Origin: an uncultured Christensenellaceae bacterium
GTDB lineage: Bacteria; Bacillota; Clostridia; Christensenellales; UBA3700
Direction: 5' to 3'
Length of the DNA: 64,000 nucleotides
Assembly (NCBI GenBank): GCA_963931165.1
Contig: OZ006985.1
Coordinates: 655,900-719,899, forward strand
The notes beneath the pieces are model-generated. The model saw only the letters and a list, made by a program, of their open reading frames with translations, ran no database searches and was not told the origin of the DNA. Position 1 is the first letter of the stretch, and every line of letters starts with the position of its first letter. The position numbers and the translations under genes were made by a program. Shown here one piece after another: positions 1-8,266 of this stretch.

Positions 1-3000
1 GAGGCGGATCTCGATTCGATCACGTCCGACACCGAGGTCTATGCTCATTTCGGCACGCAAAAGCGCACCTATACGGTCGAGTTCTATGTCGAGGGCAAGC
101 TCGTCGATACCCAGAGAGTCACGACCGGCGCCGCGGCGGTCGCACCCGGCGAAGACAAGGTCCAAGCCGCGATCTCTTCCGAAGAGGGCGTGGTCAAGGA
201 GTTCAAAGGATGGGACAAGACATACGGGGAGGTAAAGTCCGACCTTGTCGTCAATGCGGTGATCGAGCGCACGCTCGAGACGCGCACCGTCACATTCAAA
301 TGGTGGGGGCTTGAAGGAGAGGAGAGCAAAGAGATGACGGTGACCTTCGGCACCGCGGCGGTCGCGCCCGAGGTCGAAAATACCACGATCGAAAAAGAGG
401 ACGGCATATATGTGTTTGACGGCTGGGAAGTGGTCACCCAGGGCTACGACAGCTGGACATCGGTCAAGTCCGATCTGACCGTCGAGGCGCAATACAAAAA
501 GTACCCCAAGGTGTTCGAGGTGCGCTTCCTCGACGCGGAGGGCGCGTTGATCGAAGGCGTACAGATGGTCGAGTACGGAGAGTCGGCGACCGCGCCGAGC
601 GAAGAGCCGCAAAAGGCGGCGGACGCGCAATATACATATGAGTTCGACCGTTGGGACAAAGATTTTACGAACGTCACGTCCGACCTCGAGATCAGACCCG
701 TTTACGAAAAGAAGGTGCGCAGCTACACCGTCGTCTTCTATGACGCGGACGGCGCGCAGATAGGCGACGCGCAGCAGGTCGAGTACGGAAAGGCGGCGGA
801 CGAGCCCGATACCACCCCTGTCAAGGAGTCGACCGAAAAATACAGCTATACATTTGCAGTCTGGACGGGCGGCGATGTCGACAATATCGTCGGCGACACG
901 GAGTTCTATCCGACCTACACCGGGACGGTGCGCAAATACAACGTCACCTTTATCTACAAGGTCGACAAGCCGGAAAGCAGCGACGACTATCACGAGGAAA
1001 CTCAGCAAGTCGAGTACGGCAAGTCCGCGGAGGCGCCCGAAGAAGAGGCGAAGGCGTACACAGGCACCGATACGACCGAATATCAATTCGCCGGCTGGGA
1101 GACGTCCAACTATCTCAATGTCACCGGTGACCTGACCGTCAAGGCGGTCTACCGCACTTACGACAAATATTTCAACGTCACGTTCCGCGACGAGAGCGGC
1201 GCATTGCTCAGCGCGCCGCAATATGTCCGCTACGGCAGGGACGCGGTCGTCTTGCCCTCCGCCGAAAACATCGTCAAACAGCAAGACGTGCAATATACCT
1301 ATGCGTTTGACGGCTGGACGGACGACGACGGTACGTTCATCTCCGACGAAGACTTCGCGGCGATCGCGGGCGGCATGAAAGTAAACCGCGACTATAAGCT
1401 GACCGCGCATTTTGCGAAGACTTTGCGCAAGTACACCGTCATCTTCTATGACGACGACCGCACGACCGTGCTCAGCGAGCAGCAGGTCGATTACGGCACG
1501 TCCGCGATCCAGCCCGAAGCCCCGACCAAGGAGCAAACGGTGCAATGGGTCTACACATTCGGCGGATGGGATTCGACGGCGTGGAAGAACATCGTCGGCG
1601 ATACGGTCGTCTACGCGACCTATTCGCAGGCTTTGCGCAAGTACGACGTCACCTTTGTCTACGGCAACGTCGACGATCCGAGCAGCGGCGACTATCGCAC
1701 GAGGAAGATACAGGTCGAGTACGGCAAGATCCCGACTGTACCGGAAGACATCGACCCGACGCGTCCGTCCACGGCGAAGTATGACTACGCGTTCAACGGC
1801 TGGAACGGCTTGCTCGCGGTCAGCGGAGACATGACGGTCACCGCCGACTACGTCGCGACGATCCGCAACTACAAGGTCACCTTCTACAACATGACCACCG
1901 GCGCGTTCGAGGGCGAAAACGAGATGCCGTACGGCTCGTGGATAGAGCGCACGATGAGCGCGGGCGGCTATGTGTTCGACAGCTGGTACACCAAGGACGG
2001 CGACGATTATACCGCGCTCCCGACCAAGGACGACGTGCAGTCCGCAGGAGGAGAGGGACACGTCAACGGCGATATGGTGCTGTACGGCAACCTCGTTATG
2101 GAAGGTTTCGAGTTCGACGCGGACAACAATATCGAGTCTTACGGAGGCAGCGCAAGTTTCGTCATACTGCCGACTTACGCCAACCGTCAGAAGGTCTCCG
2201 AGATCAAACCCAAGATGTTCTGGGGCAGGACGCAGGACGAGATCAGCGCGGTCTACGTACCGGAGGGTCTTAAAGTGCAGAAAGAGGCGTTCCGTTCCGA
2301 CAACACTTATACTTGGGATGAGGATTCGACCAAATACGGTCAGGTCAAAGATACCGACGTTGCAAAGACCGTTCTCGTGCTGTTCGCATGTGAAAAACCT
2401 TTGGGAGGTACCGCGGCTTCTACCGGCAACTTCTCGCTGAACTGGGCGAGCGGTCTTAAAGGAGAAAACGTGTTCTGGGACGTCAGCACCGCCGTTGCGA
2501 TAGGCGATTACGAGGTGATCCTCTACGGCGGTACGGGCGCGATACTTTACAAGTTCCTCAATGCGACCACCTCTTATGTGAATATTCCGACGACGGTTAC
2601 TTACAAGGGCGCTACGGATACCGAGGCAAAGACATATACCGTGACCACCATCACCGATTACTGTTATGCGGACAGAACGAATATTCAGACGGTATTCGTA
2701 CCCGCAGAGGCGGCGAATATGAAACTGGGCGCATACCTGTTCAAGAACGTGACGGCGACCGTCTATCTCGCGATGGAGAGACCCAAGAAGCTCGGTGTCG
2801 AGCACGACTACGTACTCGGCAAATGGAGCATGTTCTGGAATTACAACACATGGACGAGCAAAAACGAAAATCTGACCCTCGAATGGAACTGCGACGGACT
2901 TGTCGAGATCGACAACGTTACCTACCTGCTGAGAGGCACGGGCGAAGCGGTCGCGATAGCTCAGGACCTGACCTTCGTCGGATCGCTTACAAACTACACG

Positions 3001-3837
3001 ATACCGTCCACCGTGACTTACAAAGAAAAGACGTACACCGTTACCGAACTGGGCGCGCAACTGTTCAAGGACGAACTCCTGCTGTCCGTCGTGACTATAC
3101 CGGATACGATAAACGTTATCGGCGATCAGGCGTTCTACGGCACCAACCTCGAAAGCCTGACCCTTCCCGAAGGTCTTGAAACGATAGGCGACCTCGCGTT
3201 TGCGATGAACACAAATCTCAAATACGTCTACGTACCGGCTTCGTGCAGCGAAATAGGTTACTTTGCGTTTACCGGCGCGAACAACGCGGAGCTGTTTATG
3301 GGTCGCGATTCCGCTCCGACGGGTTCGGGTCTTATAGGTTACAAGATGGGCTGGAACTACACGACCTCGCTTACCGGCATCGACCTCGGAAACATAGCCG
3401 GAGCTGTCGAAACGCTGTTCAAGAACGGCACGGAGCTGCCGACCTATTGGAGTGCGAGAGGAAAGGTTCAGGAGAAGATGACCAATCTGGGAGAGATTGC
3501 GATATATAAGGAAATATACGTAAATTATGTGGTCAAGACCGACGGTACTGCTTACATTTACAGCAGTGGGAAAACGTCGTCCGCTATGCCTGTTCTGGAT
3601 AAGTTCGCTTTGACTTCAGCGGTCACGTTCAACGGAGAAAGCATTACCGTCACCGTGATAAAGGCAGATGCGTTCGGCAGCGCGGTCAGCGAGATATTCA
3701 TTCCGTCCACCGTTACGACGATTGAGTCGGGAGCGTTTACGAATGCCGTCAGCGTCAGGACAGACGCTACCGAAACGCCCGCAGGCTGGAATCTGCCGGA
3801 AGGCTCGACCGTTACCACGGGCGTAAGCGGTCTGTGA
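1..3837 (+). CDS. Large cell-surface repeat protein whose 5' end is cut by the window edge. It has about 9-10 tandem ~70-aa Listeria-Bacteroides-type (Flg_new / InlB B-repeat-like) modules followed by BspA-type leucine-rich repeats (LRR_5-like).
   Basis: Frame 1 is open from nt 1 (EADLDSITSDTEVYAHFGTQKRTYTVEFYVEGK...), so the tracked ORF 190..3837 is only the first in-window ATG. A recurring module is visible (xRxYxVxF...VEYGxxAxxP...YxFxGW...VxxDxxVxAxY). The C-terminal third carries LRR units (IPSTVTYKEKTYTVTELGAQLFKD, VTIPDTINVIGDQAFYGTNLESLTLPEGLETIGDLAF). A strong terminator follows. Confidence 0.8.
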   Translation, partial: EADLDSITSDTEVYAHFGTQKRTYTVEFYVEGKLVDTQRVTTGAAAVAPGEDKVQAAISSEEGVVKEFKGWDKTYGEVKSDLVVNAVIERTLETRTVTFKWWGLEGEESKEMTVTFGTAAVAPEVENTTIEKEDGIYVFDGWEVVTQGYDSWTSVKSDLTVEAQYKKYPKVFEVRFLDAEGALIEGVQMVEYGESATAPSEEPQKAADAQYTYEFDRWDKDFTNVTSDLEIRPVYEKKVRSYTVVFYDADGAQIGDAQQVEYGKAADEPDTTPVKESTEKYSYTFAVWTGGDVDNIVGDTEFYPTYTGTVRKYNVTFIYKVDKPESSDDYHEETQQVEYGKSAEAPEEEAKAYTGTDTTEYQFAGWETSNYLNVTGDLTVKAVYRTYDKYFNVTFRDESGALLSAPQYVRYGRDAVVLPSAENIVKQQDVQYTYAFDGWTDDDGTFISDEDFAAIAGGMKVNRDYKLTAHFAKTLRKYTVIFYDDDRTTVLSEQQVDYGTSAIQPEAPTKEQTVQWVYTFGGWDSTAWKNIVGDTVVYATYSQALRKYDVTFVYGNVDDPSSGDYRTRKIQVEYGKIPTVPEDIDPTRPSTAKYDYAFNGWNGLLAVSGDMTVTADYVATIRNYKVTFYNMTTGAFEGENEMPYGSWIERTMSAGGYVFDSWYTKDGDDYTALPTKDDVQSAGGEGHVNGDMVLYGNLVMEGFEFDADNNIESYGGSASFVILPTYANRQKVSEIKPKMFWGRTQDEISAVYVPEGLKVQKEAFRSDNTYTWDEDSTKYGQVKDTDVAKTVLVLFACEKPLGGTAASTGNFSLNWASGLKGENVFWDVSTAVAIGDYEVILYGGTGAILYKFLNATTSYVNIPTTVTYKGATDTEAKTYTVTTITDYCYADRTNIQTVFVPAEAANMKLGAYLFKNVTATVYLAMERPKKLGVEHDYVLGKWSMFWNYNTWTSKNENLTLEWNCDGLVEIDNVTYLLRGTGEAVAIAQDLTFVGSLTNYTIPSTVTYKEKTYTVTELGAQLFKDELLLSVVTIPDTINVIGDQAFYGTNLESLTLPEGLETIGDLAFAMNTNLKYVYVPASCSEIGYFAFTGANNAELFMGRDSAPTGSGLIGYKMGWNYTTSLTGIDLGNIAGAVETLFKNGTELPTYWSARGKVQEKMTNLGEIAIYKEIYVNYVVKTDGTAYIYSSGKTSSAMPVLDKFALTSAVTFNGESITVTVIKADAFGSAVSEIFIPSTVTTIESGAFTNAVSVRTDATETPAGWNLPEGSTVTTGVSGL

Positions 3838-3861
3838 TACGGCTTAAAACAAAATGAGAAA

Positions 3862-3887
3862 GAGTCGCCCCATGGCGGCTCTTTTTT
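3862..3887 (+). terminator. Rho-independent terminator of the surface-protein gene
   Basis: GAGTCGCC-CCAT-GGCGGCTC hairpin followed by TTTTTT. Confidence 0.8.
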
Positions 3888-3920
3888 AATGCGCGAAAGA
3901 GCGCGCCGACGGGGTCCGGT

Positions 3921-4448
3921 TTGATTGGCTACAAGGTCGGTTGGAACACCACCGTCGACCTCACCGGTATCGACATTTCGTCGATAGGCAGCATCGTCTC
4001 CAGCCTTGTGGGCAGCGGCACGACTTTGCCGACCTATTGGAATGCGGTGGGGAAGACGGAAGTAGATATAAGAGGTACCGGCGTGGAGATAGGCTTCCAG
4101 GTCAGATTGATCTTCGTTGTCACAAAAGACGGCAACGCCAGAGTCATCGGTGCAACTACGGCGGGCGCAAATATCGGATTCAAATTGAAGAGCTTCACCA
4201 TTCCGAGAGAAGTTGAGTACAACGGCACAAAGTACACCGTCACAGCGATCGACAGCAGCGCGTTCGGCAGCTGGGACATCGAGACGCTCGGCATTCCGTC
4301 GACGGTCACATCGATCGCGTCCAACGCGTTCTCGTCCATCAAGACGATCAACACCGATCTGGCGCAGCCGACCGAGGGGACGAAGCCCGCGGGCTGGGAG
4401 TTCGACGCGACAAACATCACGATCAACTACGGGCAAACGCTTAGCTGA
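3921..4448 (+). CDS. Orphan C-terminal module paralogous to the last ~180 aa of the upstream surface protein. It may be a 5'-truncated gene copy or cassette, and expression is uncertain.
   Basis: The ORF opens with TTG and has no SD. The product aligns with the upstream C-terminus (SAPTGSGLIGYK[M/V]GWN, LTGID, LPTYW, IPSTVT.I.S.AF, PAGW). Similarity continues upstream of the TTG to ~3891 (RKSAPTGSG versus RDSAPTGSG), directly abutting the terminator. It has its own terminator at 4477. Confidence 0.45.
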   Translation: MIGYKVGWNTTVDLTGIDISSIGSIVSSLVGSGTTLPTYWNAVGKTEVDIRGTGVEIGFQVRLIFVVTKDGNARVIGATTAGANIGFKLKSFTIPREVEYNGTKYTVTAIDSSAFGSWDIETLGIPSTVTSIASNAFSSIKTINTDLAQPTEGTKPAGWEFDATNITINYGQTLS

Positions 4449-4476
4449 GATAAACGCTTTGAGCGCAATATCAAAA

Positions 4477-4501
4477 GGCTCTCCTTCGGGGGAGCCTTTT
4501 T
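4477..4501 (+). terminator. Rho-independent terminator
   Basis: GGCTCTCC-TTCG-GGGGAGCC hairpin followed by TTTTT. Confidence 0.8.
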
Positions 4502-4536
4502 GTATGCTTTGCGCGCGGACGGCAATACTTGCCGAT

Positions 4537-4845
4537 ATGGGCAGAGGATGTTTCGGAGGGTGTTTGAGCCGCATAGTCATCGTCGCCGCGGTGTTCGTCA
4601 TCGCAGGGTGGTGGGCGTATTCTTCGCTGACGTTGGAGACGCTCGGCAAGGCTGACGAGGTGGGGCTGTTCGGCTTTTTGGGCGAGGAGTACGAGGACAA
4701 GACCGCGCGCGACCTCGGCATCGAGGACCTCACCGTGCGCTCGATCGTCGAGTATTTCCGCCGCAAACTCGCAAAGGACAAAGAGGGGGACGAAAGAGCC
4801 GCCGCGGGCGCGTTTTCGCCACCTGTTTTCGCTTTTTCGACGTGA
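4537..4845 (+). CDS. Small hypothetical membrane-anchored protein (start uncertain; alternative ATG at 4504)
   Basis: One N-terminal TM helix (LSRIVIVAAVFVIAGWWAY) followed by a charged tail. The ORF is bracketed by terminators. There is no convincing SD. The tracked ORF 4213..4845 overlaps the previous gene and terminator, so only the distal part is plausible. Confidence 0.45.
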   Translation: MGRGCFGGCLSRIVIVAAVFVIAGWWAYSSLTLETLGKADEVGLFGFLGEEYEDKTARDLGIEDLTVRSIVEYFRRKLAKDKEGDERAAAGAFSPPVFAFST

Positions 4846-4855
4846 CAGCAAAAAA

Positions 4856-4882
4856 GACGGAGCGATTTGCTCCGCCTTTTTT
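4856..4882. terminator. Bidirectional terminator shared by the 4537 ORF (+) and the 4901 small ORF (-)
   Basis: GACGGAGC-GATTT-GCTCCGCC hairpin flanked by an A-run (4849-4855) and a T-run (4877-4882). Confidence 0.75.
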
Positions 4883-4900
4883 GAGACAAAGAACACAGGT

Positions 4901-5035
4901 TCAATGTTTCTCGATCCACTCTGCCAACTCGTCTTCAAAGTGATAGATACCGTTGTTTTCGTCCTTCAAACTCATCGCAAGGTTGGCTCTGTCGATCTTT
5001 CGCGCCCGCTTTGAGCGCTTGTCTTTTTTGCCCAT
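4901..5035 (-). CDS. Unannotated 44-aa highly charged small protein (MGKKDKRSKRARKIDRANLAMSLKDENNGIYHFEDELAEWIEKH)
   Basis: It falls below the ORF-track cutoff. On the minus strand, ATG is preceded by GGAGG 8 nt upstream (ctcGGAGGcaaaagctATG). The stop is followed by the bidirectional terminator. A forespore-type promoter-like sequence lies upstream. Confidence 0.5.
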   Translation of the reverse strand: MGKKDKRSKRARKIDRANLAMSLKDENNGIYHFEDELAEWIEKH

Positions 5036-5053
5036 AGCTTTTGCCTCCGAGTA

Positions 5054-5083
5054 TGGTATGCGCCCGTCGCGGAGAACTATTCA
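5054..5083 (-). promoter_or_regulatory. Candidate sigma-G/F-type (forespore) promoter for the 44-aa ORF
   Basis: The minus strand reads TGAATA-N17-CATACCA. The remembered B. subtilis sigma-G consensus is GHATR-N17/18-CATxHTA. Confidence 0.3.
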
Positions 5084-5137
5084 ACGTTTTTGCAAATTTT
5101 CAAAATCGGCAAAGCGCGCCTTTTGCGCGCAAGAAGA

Positions 5138-5166
5138 TTGAAGTGCGCCCGCCGATATGCTATAAT
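5138..5166 (+). promoter_or_regulatory. Sigma-A-type promoter giving a leaderless rlmD-like mRNA
   Basis: TTGAAG (5138-5143), a 17-bp spacer, then TGcTATAAT (-10 at 5161-5166). The ATG at 5173 lies 6 nt after the -10 and there is no SD. Confidence 0.55.
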
Positions 5167-5172
5167 GTAGGC

Positions 5173-6531
5173 ATGAAAAAGGGCGACATTTTGGAACTTG
5201 AGATCACCTCTTCCGGCATGGAGGGCGAGGGCGTCGCGAGACATGACGGCGTCGTCGTGTTCGTGCCGCGCGCCCTTGTCGGCGAAAAGGTCAGGGTGAT
5301 GGTCAAAGAGGTGCGCAGCCGCTTTGCGCGCGCCGGCGTCATCAGATTGATCGAGCCGTCGCCGCATCGCGTCAAGCCCGTCTGCCCCGTCTTTTACAAG
5401 TGCGGCAGCTGCGACATGCAGCATATCGACTACGGCGAACAATTGCGCGTCAAGCGCGCGTCGGTCGCAAGCTGCCTTGCCAAGGCGTGCGGACGCGAGA
5501 TCGATGTCGACGAGGTCGTGCCGTCGCCGCACATCGTGGGCTATCGCAACAAGATCCAAGCGCCGCTCGGCGTCGTCGACGGCAAGCTCGTCGCAGGCTA
5601 TTTCGCCGAGGGGACGCACCGCGTCGTGCCCTTCCCGGACGGAGGCTGCGCGATGTACGACAGGGATATGTCGCGGCTTTTGGACGTCTTTTTGACCTTT
5701 GCGAGAGAGAGGGGCTTGACCTGCTACGACGAGAGCACGCGCAAGGGGCTTTTGCGCCACTTCGTCGCGCGAAGGGTCGGAGACGCGTATGCGATCGTCG
5801 TCGTCATCAACGGCGCCAAACTGCCGCATGCGGACCAATTGATCGCCGCGATCAAACGCGAAAAGGCAAAGTTTTCGCTGTTCACATGCTCCAACACCGC
5901 GCCGACCAACGTGATCTTGCACGGCAAGCTGACCCGCCTTTGGGGCGAGGAGAGCCTGCCTTGCAACGTGCTCGGGGTCAAGGCGCAGGTCGGTCCGATG
6001 TCGTTCATGCAGATCAACGACGAGGTGCGCGACCTCATCTATTCCGCCGCGGCGAGCAGGGCGGCGGCGCTCGACAATGCGACCGTCATCGACGCTTACA
6101 GCGGCACGGGCATGTTGACCAACATCCTCGCAAAGCACGCAAGCCGCGTTGTCGGCATCGAGATCGTCCCCGAGGCGGTCGCCGACGCGGACGCCTTGAC
6201 CGCGATGAACGGCAACGAGGGCAAGGTGCGCAACATTTGCGGCGATTGCGCCGAGGTGCTGCCGCGCGAAGTCGCCGCGCTCGCGGCGCAAAACACCCCG
6301 TCCGTCGTCGTGCTCGACCCGCCGCGCAAGGGCTGCGACAAAAAGGTCGTCGACGCGCTGCTTTCCGCCGCCCCCGACAAGATCGTCTACATCTCCTGCA
6401 ATCCGGCGACCCTCGCGCGCGACGTCGCGCTGTTGATGCAAAAGTATGACATAACGTCCGTCACCCCGTACGATATGTTCCCTCAAACAAAACACGTCGA
6501 GACGCTCGCGGTGCTCGAAAAGAGAAAATAA
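5173..6531 (+). CDS. rlmD: 23S rRNA (uracil-C5)-methyltransferase, RlmD/RumA family
   Basis: TRAM-like N-terminus (MKKGDILELEITSSGMEGEGVARHDGVVVFVP), a Cys cluster (CPVFYKCGSCDMQH) and SAM-MTase motifs (IDAYSGTGM, VVVLDPPRKG, YISCNPATLARD, PYDMFPQTKHVE). Confidence 0.85.
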   Translation: MKKGDILELEITSSGMEGEGVARHDGVVVFVPRALVGEKVRVMVKEVRSRFARAGVIRLIEPSPHRVKPVCPVFYKCGSCDMQHIDYGEQLRVKRASVASCLAKACGREIDVDEVVPSPHIVGYRNKIQAPLGVVDGKLVAGYFAEGTHRVVPFPDGGCAMYDRDMSRLLDVFLTFARERGLTCYDESTRKGLLRHFVARRVGDAYAIVVVINGAKLPHADQLIAAIKREKAKFSLFTCSNTAPTNVILHGKLTRLWGEESLPCNVLGVKAQVGPMSFMQINDEVRDLIYSAAASRAAALDNATVIDAYSGTGMLTNILAKHASRVVGIEIVPEAVADADALTAMNGNEGKVRNICGDCAEVLPREVAALAAQNTPSVVVLDPPRKGCDKKVVDALLSAAPDKIVYISCNPATLARDVALLMQKYDITSVTPYDMFPQTKHVETLAVLEKRK

Positions 6532-6622
6532 ATTCGATTTTTGTCAGTCACAACATTGATCGAGCAGCAGAGATCATACAAAAGTCACTTGGCTTTTTAT
6601 ACCGACAAGCAAAACAAACACG

Positions 6623-7519
6623 TCATCGGTTTCCGCCGTCCCCATCGGGCGGCGGCTTCAATGTGTACGATCTTACGATCATAAAGAGCCCTATGCCCGA
6701 GATCAGCAAAGCCACTGCTGCGCCCGTTATATTGTTTGCAAACGCGTTTTGCGCACTCCCGAACGCCTGAATCATCGCGACCTGCAACACGAACACGGAA
6801 TACAGCGCGTCGGCGAGGTTGAAGTTGCGAAGCGCCTGTACGACAAGTCCGCCGCGCTTTTTTGCTTTTGAAAATTGTACGGCGGCGGCAATGATCTTGT
6901 AGAACGTATATGCCGCCGCGGCATAGATCATCATCCCCGCATATTCAAAGTGCATATTCGTTTTGTTCATCAAAATGACGATCGCCGACAGCGTTACGGC
7001 GAGCAGAAAGAGCAGACAGCCGCAAACGCGATAGACTTTCCGCGTTTTCTCGAAGTTGTTTTTTGCGCGTTTGCCGCCCAAAAACGCGATCACCTTCAGC
7101 GCGATCAACACAAAGTAGAAGGCGGCGATCGCGATGTTCCATATCGAGCGTGCAACGATGCCGACGATCGTCTGCAACAGCGCGTATCCTATATTGACGA
7201 CAGATCCTACCGTTGCAAAGACGACGGTGCGAAAGCCGTAATCGTTGAGCAGATTGTCGGTGAAGCGATGTCGGTGCATCGCTCGAACAGTCGAGTTTTT
7301 GATCTTTGGGGCAAGATATACGATCGTGTAAACAAAGTAGGCAAGACCGGCGGCGGCAAGTGCATAGCACACATAGCACAATATCGTCTGTGTGGGCGCT
7401 AAAATTGCAAATGCGATCGCCGCTGTCAAAGTGCATGCAAAAAGAATATAGAAGACAAACAGGGACCATCCGCGCGGATGTTTGAGAATGTCGAGCAATT
7501 TTGAAAACAGTTTTTTCAT
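6623..7519 (-). CDS. Hypothetical polytopic membrane protein
   Basis: 298-aa ORF with at least 6 hydrophobic helices. It is the downstream gene of a two-gene minus-strand operon. Confidence 0.7.
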   Translation of the reverse strand: MKKLFSKLLDILKHPRGWSLFVFYILFACTLTAAIAFAILAPTQTILCYVCYALAAAGLAYFVYTIVYLAPKIKNSTVRAMHRHRFTDNLLNDYGFRTVVFATVGSVVNIGYALLQTIVGIVARSIWNIAIAAFYFVLIALKVIAFLGGKRAKNNFEKTRKVYRVCGCLLFLLAVTLSAIVILMNKTNMHFEYAGMMIYAAAAYTFYKIIAAAVQFSKAKKRGGLVVQALRNFNLADALYSVFVLQVAMIQAFGSAQNAFANNITGAAVALLISGIGLFMIVRSYTLKPPPDGDGGNR

Positions 7520-7553
7520 GCGGAAGGTCCCTCGTTTGCGGTTGCGGCGAAGT

Positions 7554-8087
7554 TCAGATCAACTCCGCGTTCAAAAGGTCGTTGCCCTTTTCAAGAATAT
7601 TGGCAAGTTTTTCCTCAGTCTCGTCAATGACGGGGAGCAGACTTTTCGTCTTTTTGACGACGAGCTTTTTGAAAACAGGATAATTTACGGCGCACATCGC
7701 TATGCCGACCAGCCCGATGACAACGCCCGCCGCCATCGCCGCGGCGCTCTCGGGCAGCATGCAAAGACACATCCCTCCGCCGAGAACCAAAGCGGCGATA
7801 CATCCGAAAATATAGGCAAACACGCGCGCTCCTTGCGTCTTTGCCTTCTCCAAACCGTTGACGGCTTCAAAGGCGTTTTCGGCTTGCCTCTCCAATTTGA
7901 CGAGTTCGGCTTTGTGGTTGATCTTGCGGTCTCTTTTCATCGAGATCGTCACGTTGTCGAGCACGGTGCGCTCGGTCGCCGTGATCTCCCAGCCGAACGC
8001 TTCATACAGGTCTATCGCCTTGGATTGGTCTTTTGCTTTGACCGACACGGTCTTGTATTCGTAGGATACGAAATCTTTTTCTTGCAT
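7554..8087 (-). CDS. Hypothetical protein with a soluble N-terminal domain and C-terminal TM helices
   Basis: Start chosen at MQEKDFVSYEYKTV because of its SD (gaGGTGaaaaaATG). TM helices are VFAYIFGCIAALVLGGGMCLCML and AAGVVIGLVGIAMCAV. It is divergent from a TetR gene. Confidence 0.7.
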   Translation of the reverse strand: MQEKDFVSYEYKTVSVKAKDQSKAIDLYEAFGWEITATERTVLDNVTISMKRDRKINHKAELVKLERQAENAFEAVNGLEKAKTQGARVFAYIFGCIAALVLGGGMCLCMLPESAAAMAAGVVIGLVGIAMCAVNYPVFKKLVVKKTKSLLPVIDETEEKLANILEKGNDLLNAELI

Positions 8088-8138
8088 TTTTTCACCTCGT
8101 TTTATATTTTGTCTCGAGAGTGCCGACGCGCGTTTCGG

Positions 8139-8167
8139 TTGACTTCTTTGTGAGACAAGTGTATCAT
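8139..8167 (+). promoter_or_regulatory. Sigma-A-type promoter of the first TetR gene
   Basis: TTGACT-N17-TATCAT. The spacer contains TTGTgagACAA. Confidence 0.45.
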
Positions 8168-8266
8168 AAGACGAGGAGGGACAAGAAATCAACCGCCTCA
8201 AAAGGCGATAAGACAAAACGGCGCTTTCTGTCGCCGCAAACGAAACAAAAAAAGGAGTTTTGTCTC

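Noticed and set aside
3300-4448. The 3' end of the surface-protein gene and the downstream fragment as a diversity-generating-retroelement VR/TR pair
   Set aside because: Divergence is spread over all base types, at roughly 70% identity, and includes indels. It is not confined to adenine positions. No reverse transcriptase or accessory gene is nearby.
8107-8266. Four TTTTGTCTC / GAGACAA(AA) elements in the TetR-1 divergent intergenic region as operator half-sites
   Set aside because: The arms are short (7-9 nt) and irregularly spaced (36-40 nt), and exact 9-mer repeats are expected by chance at this scale. A TetR operator is still plausible but is not supported strongly enough to call.
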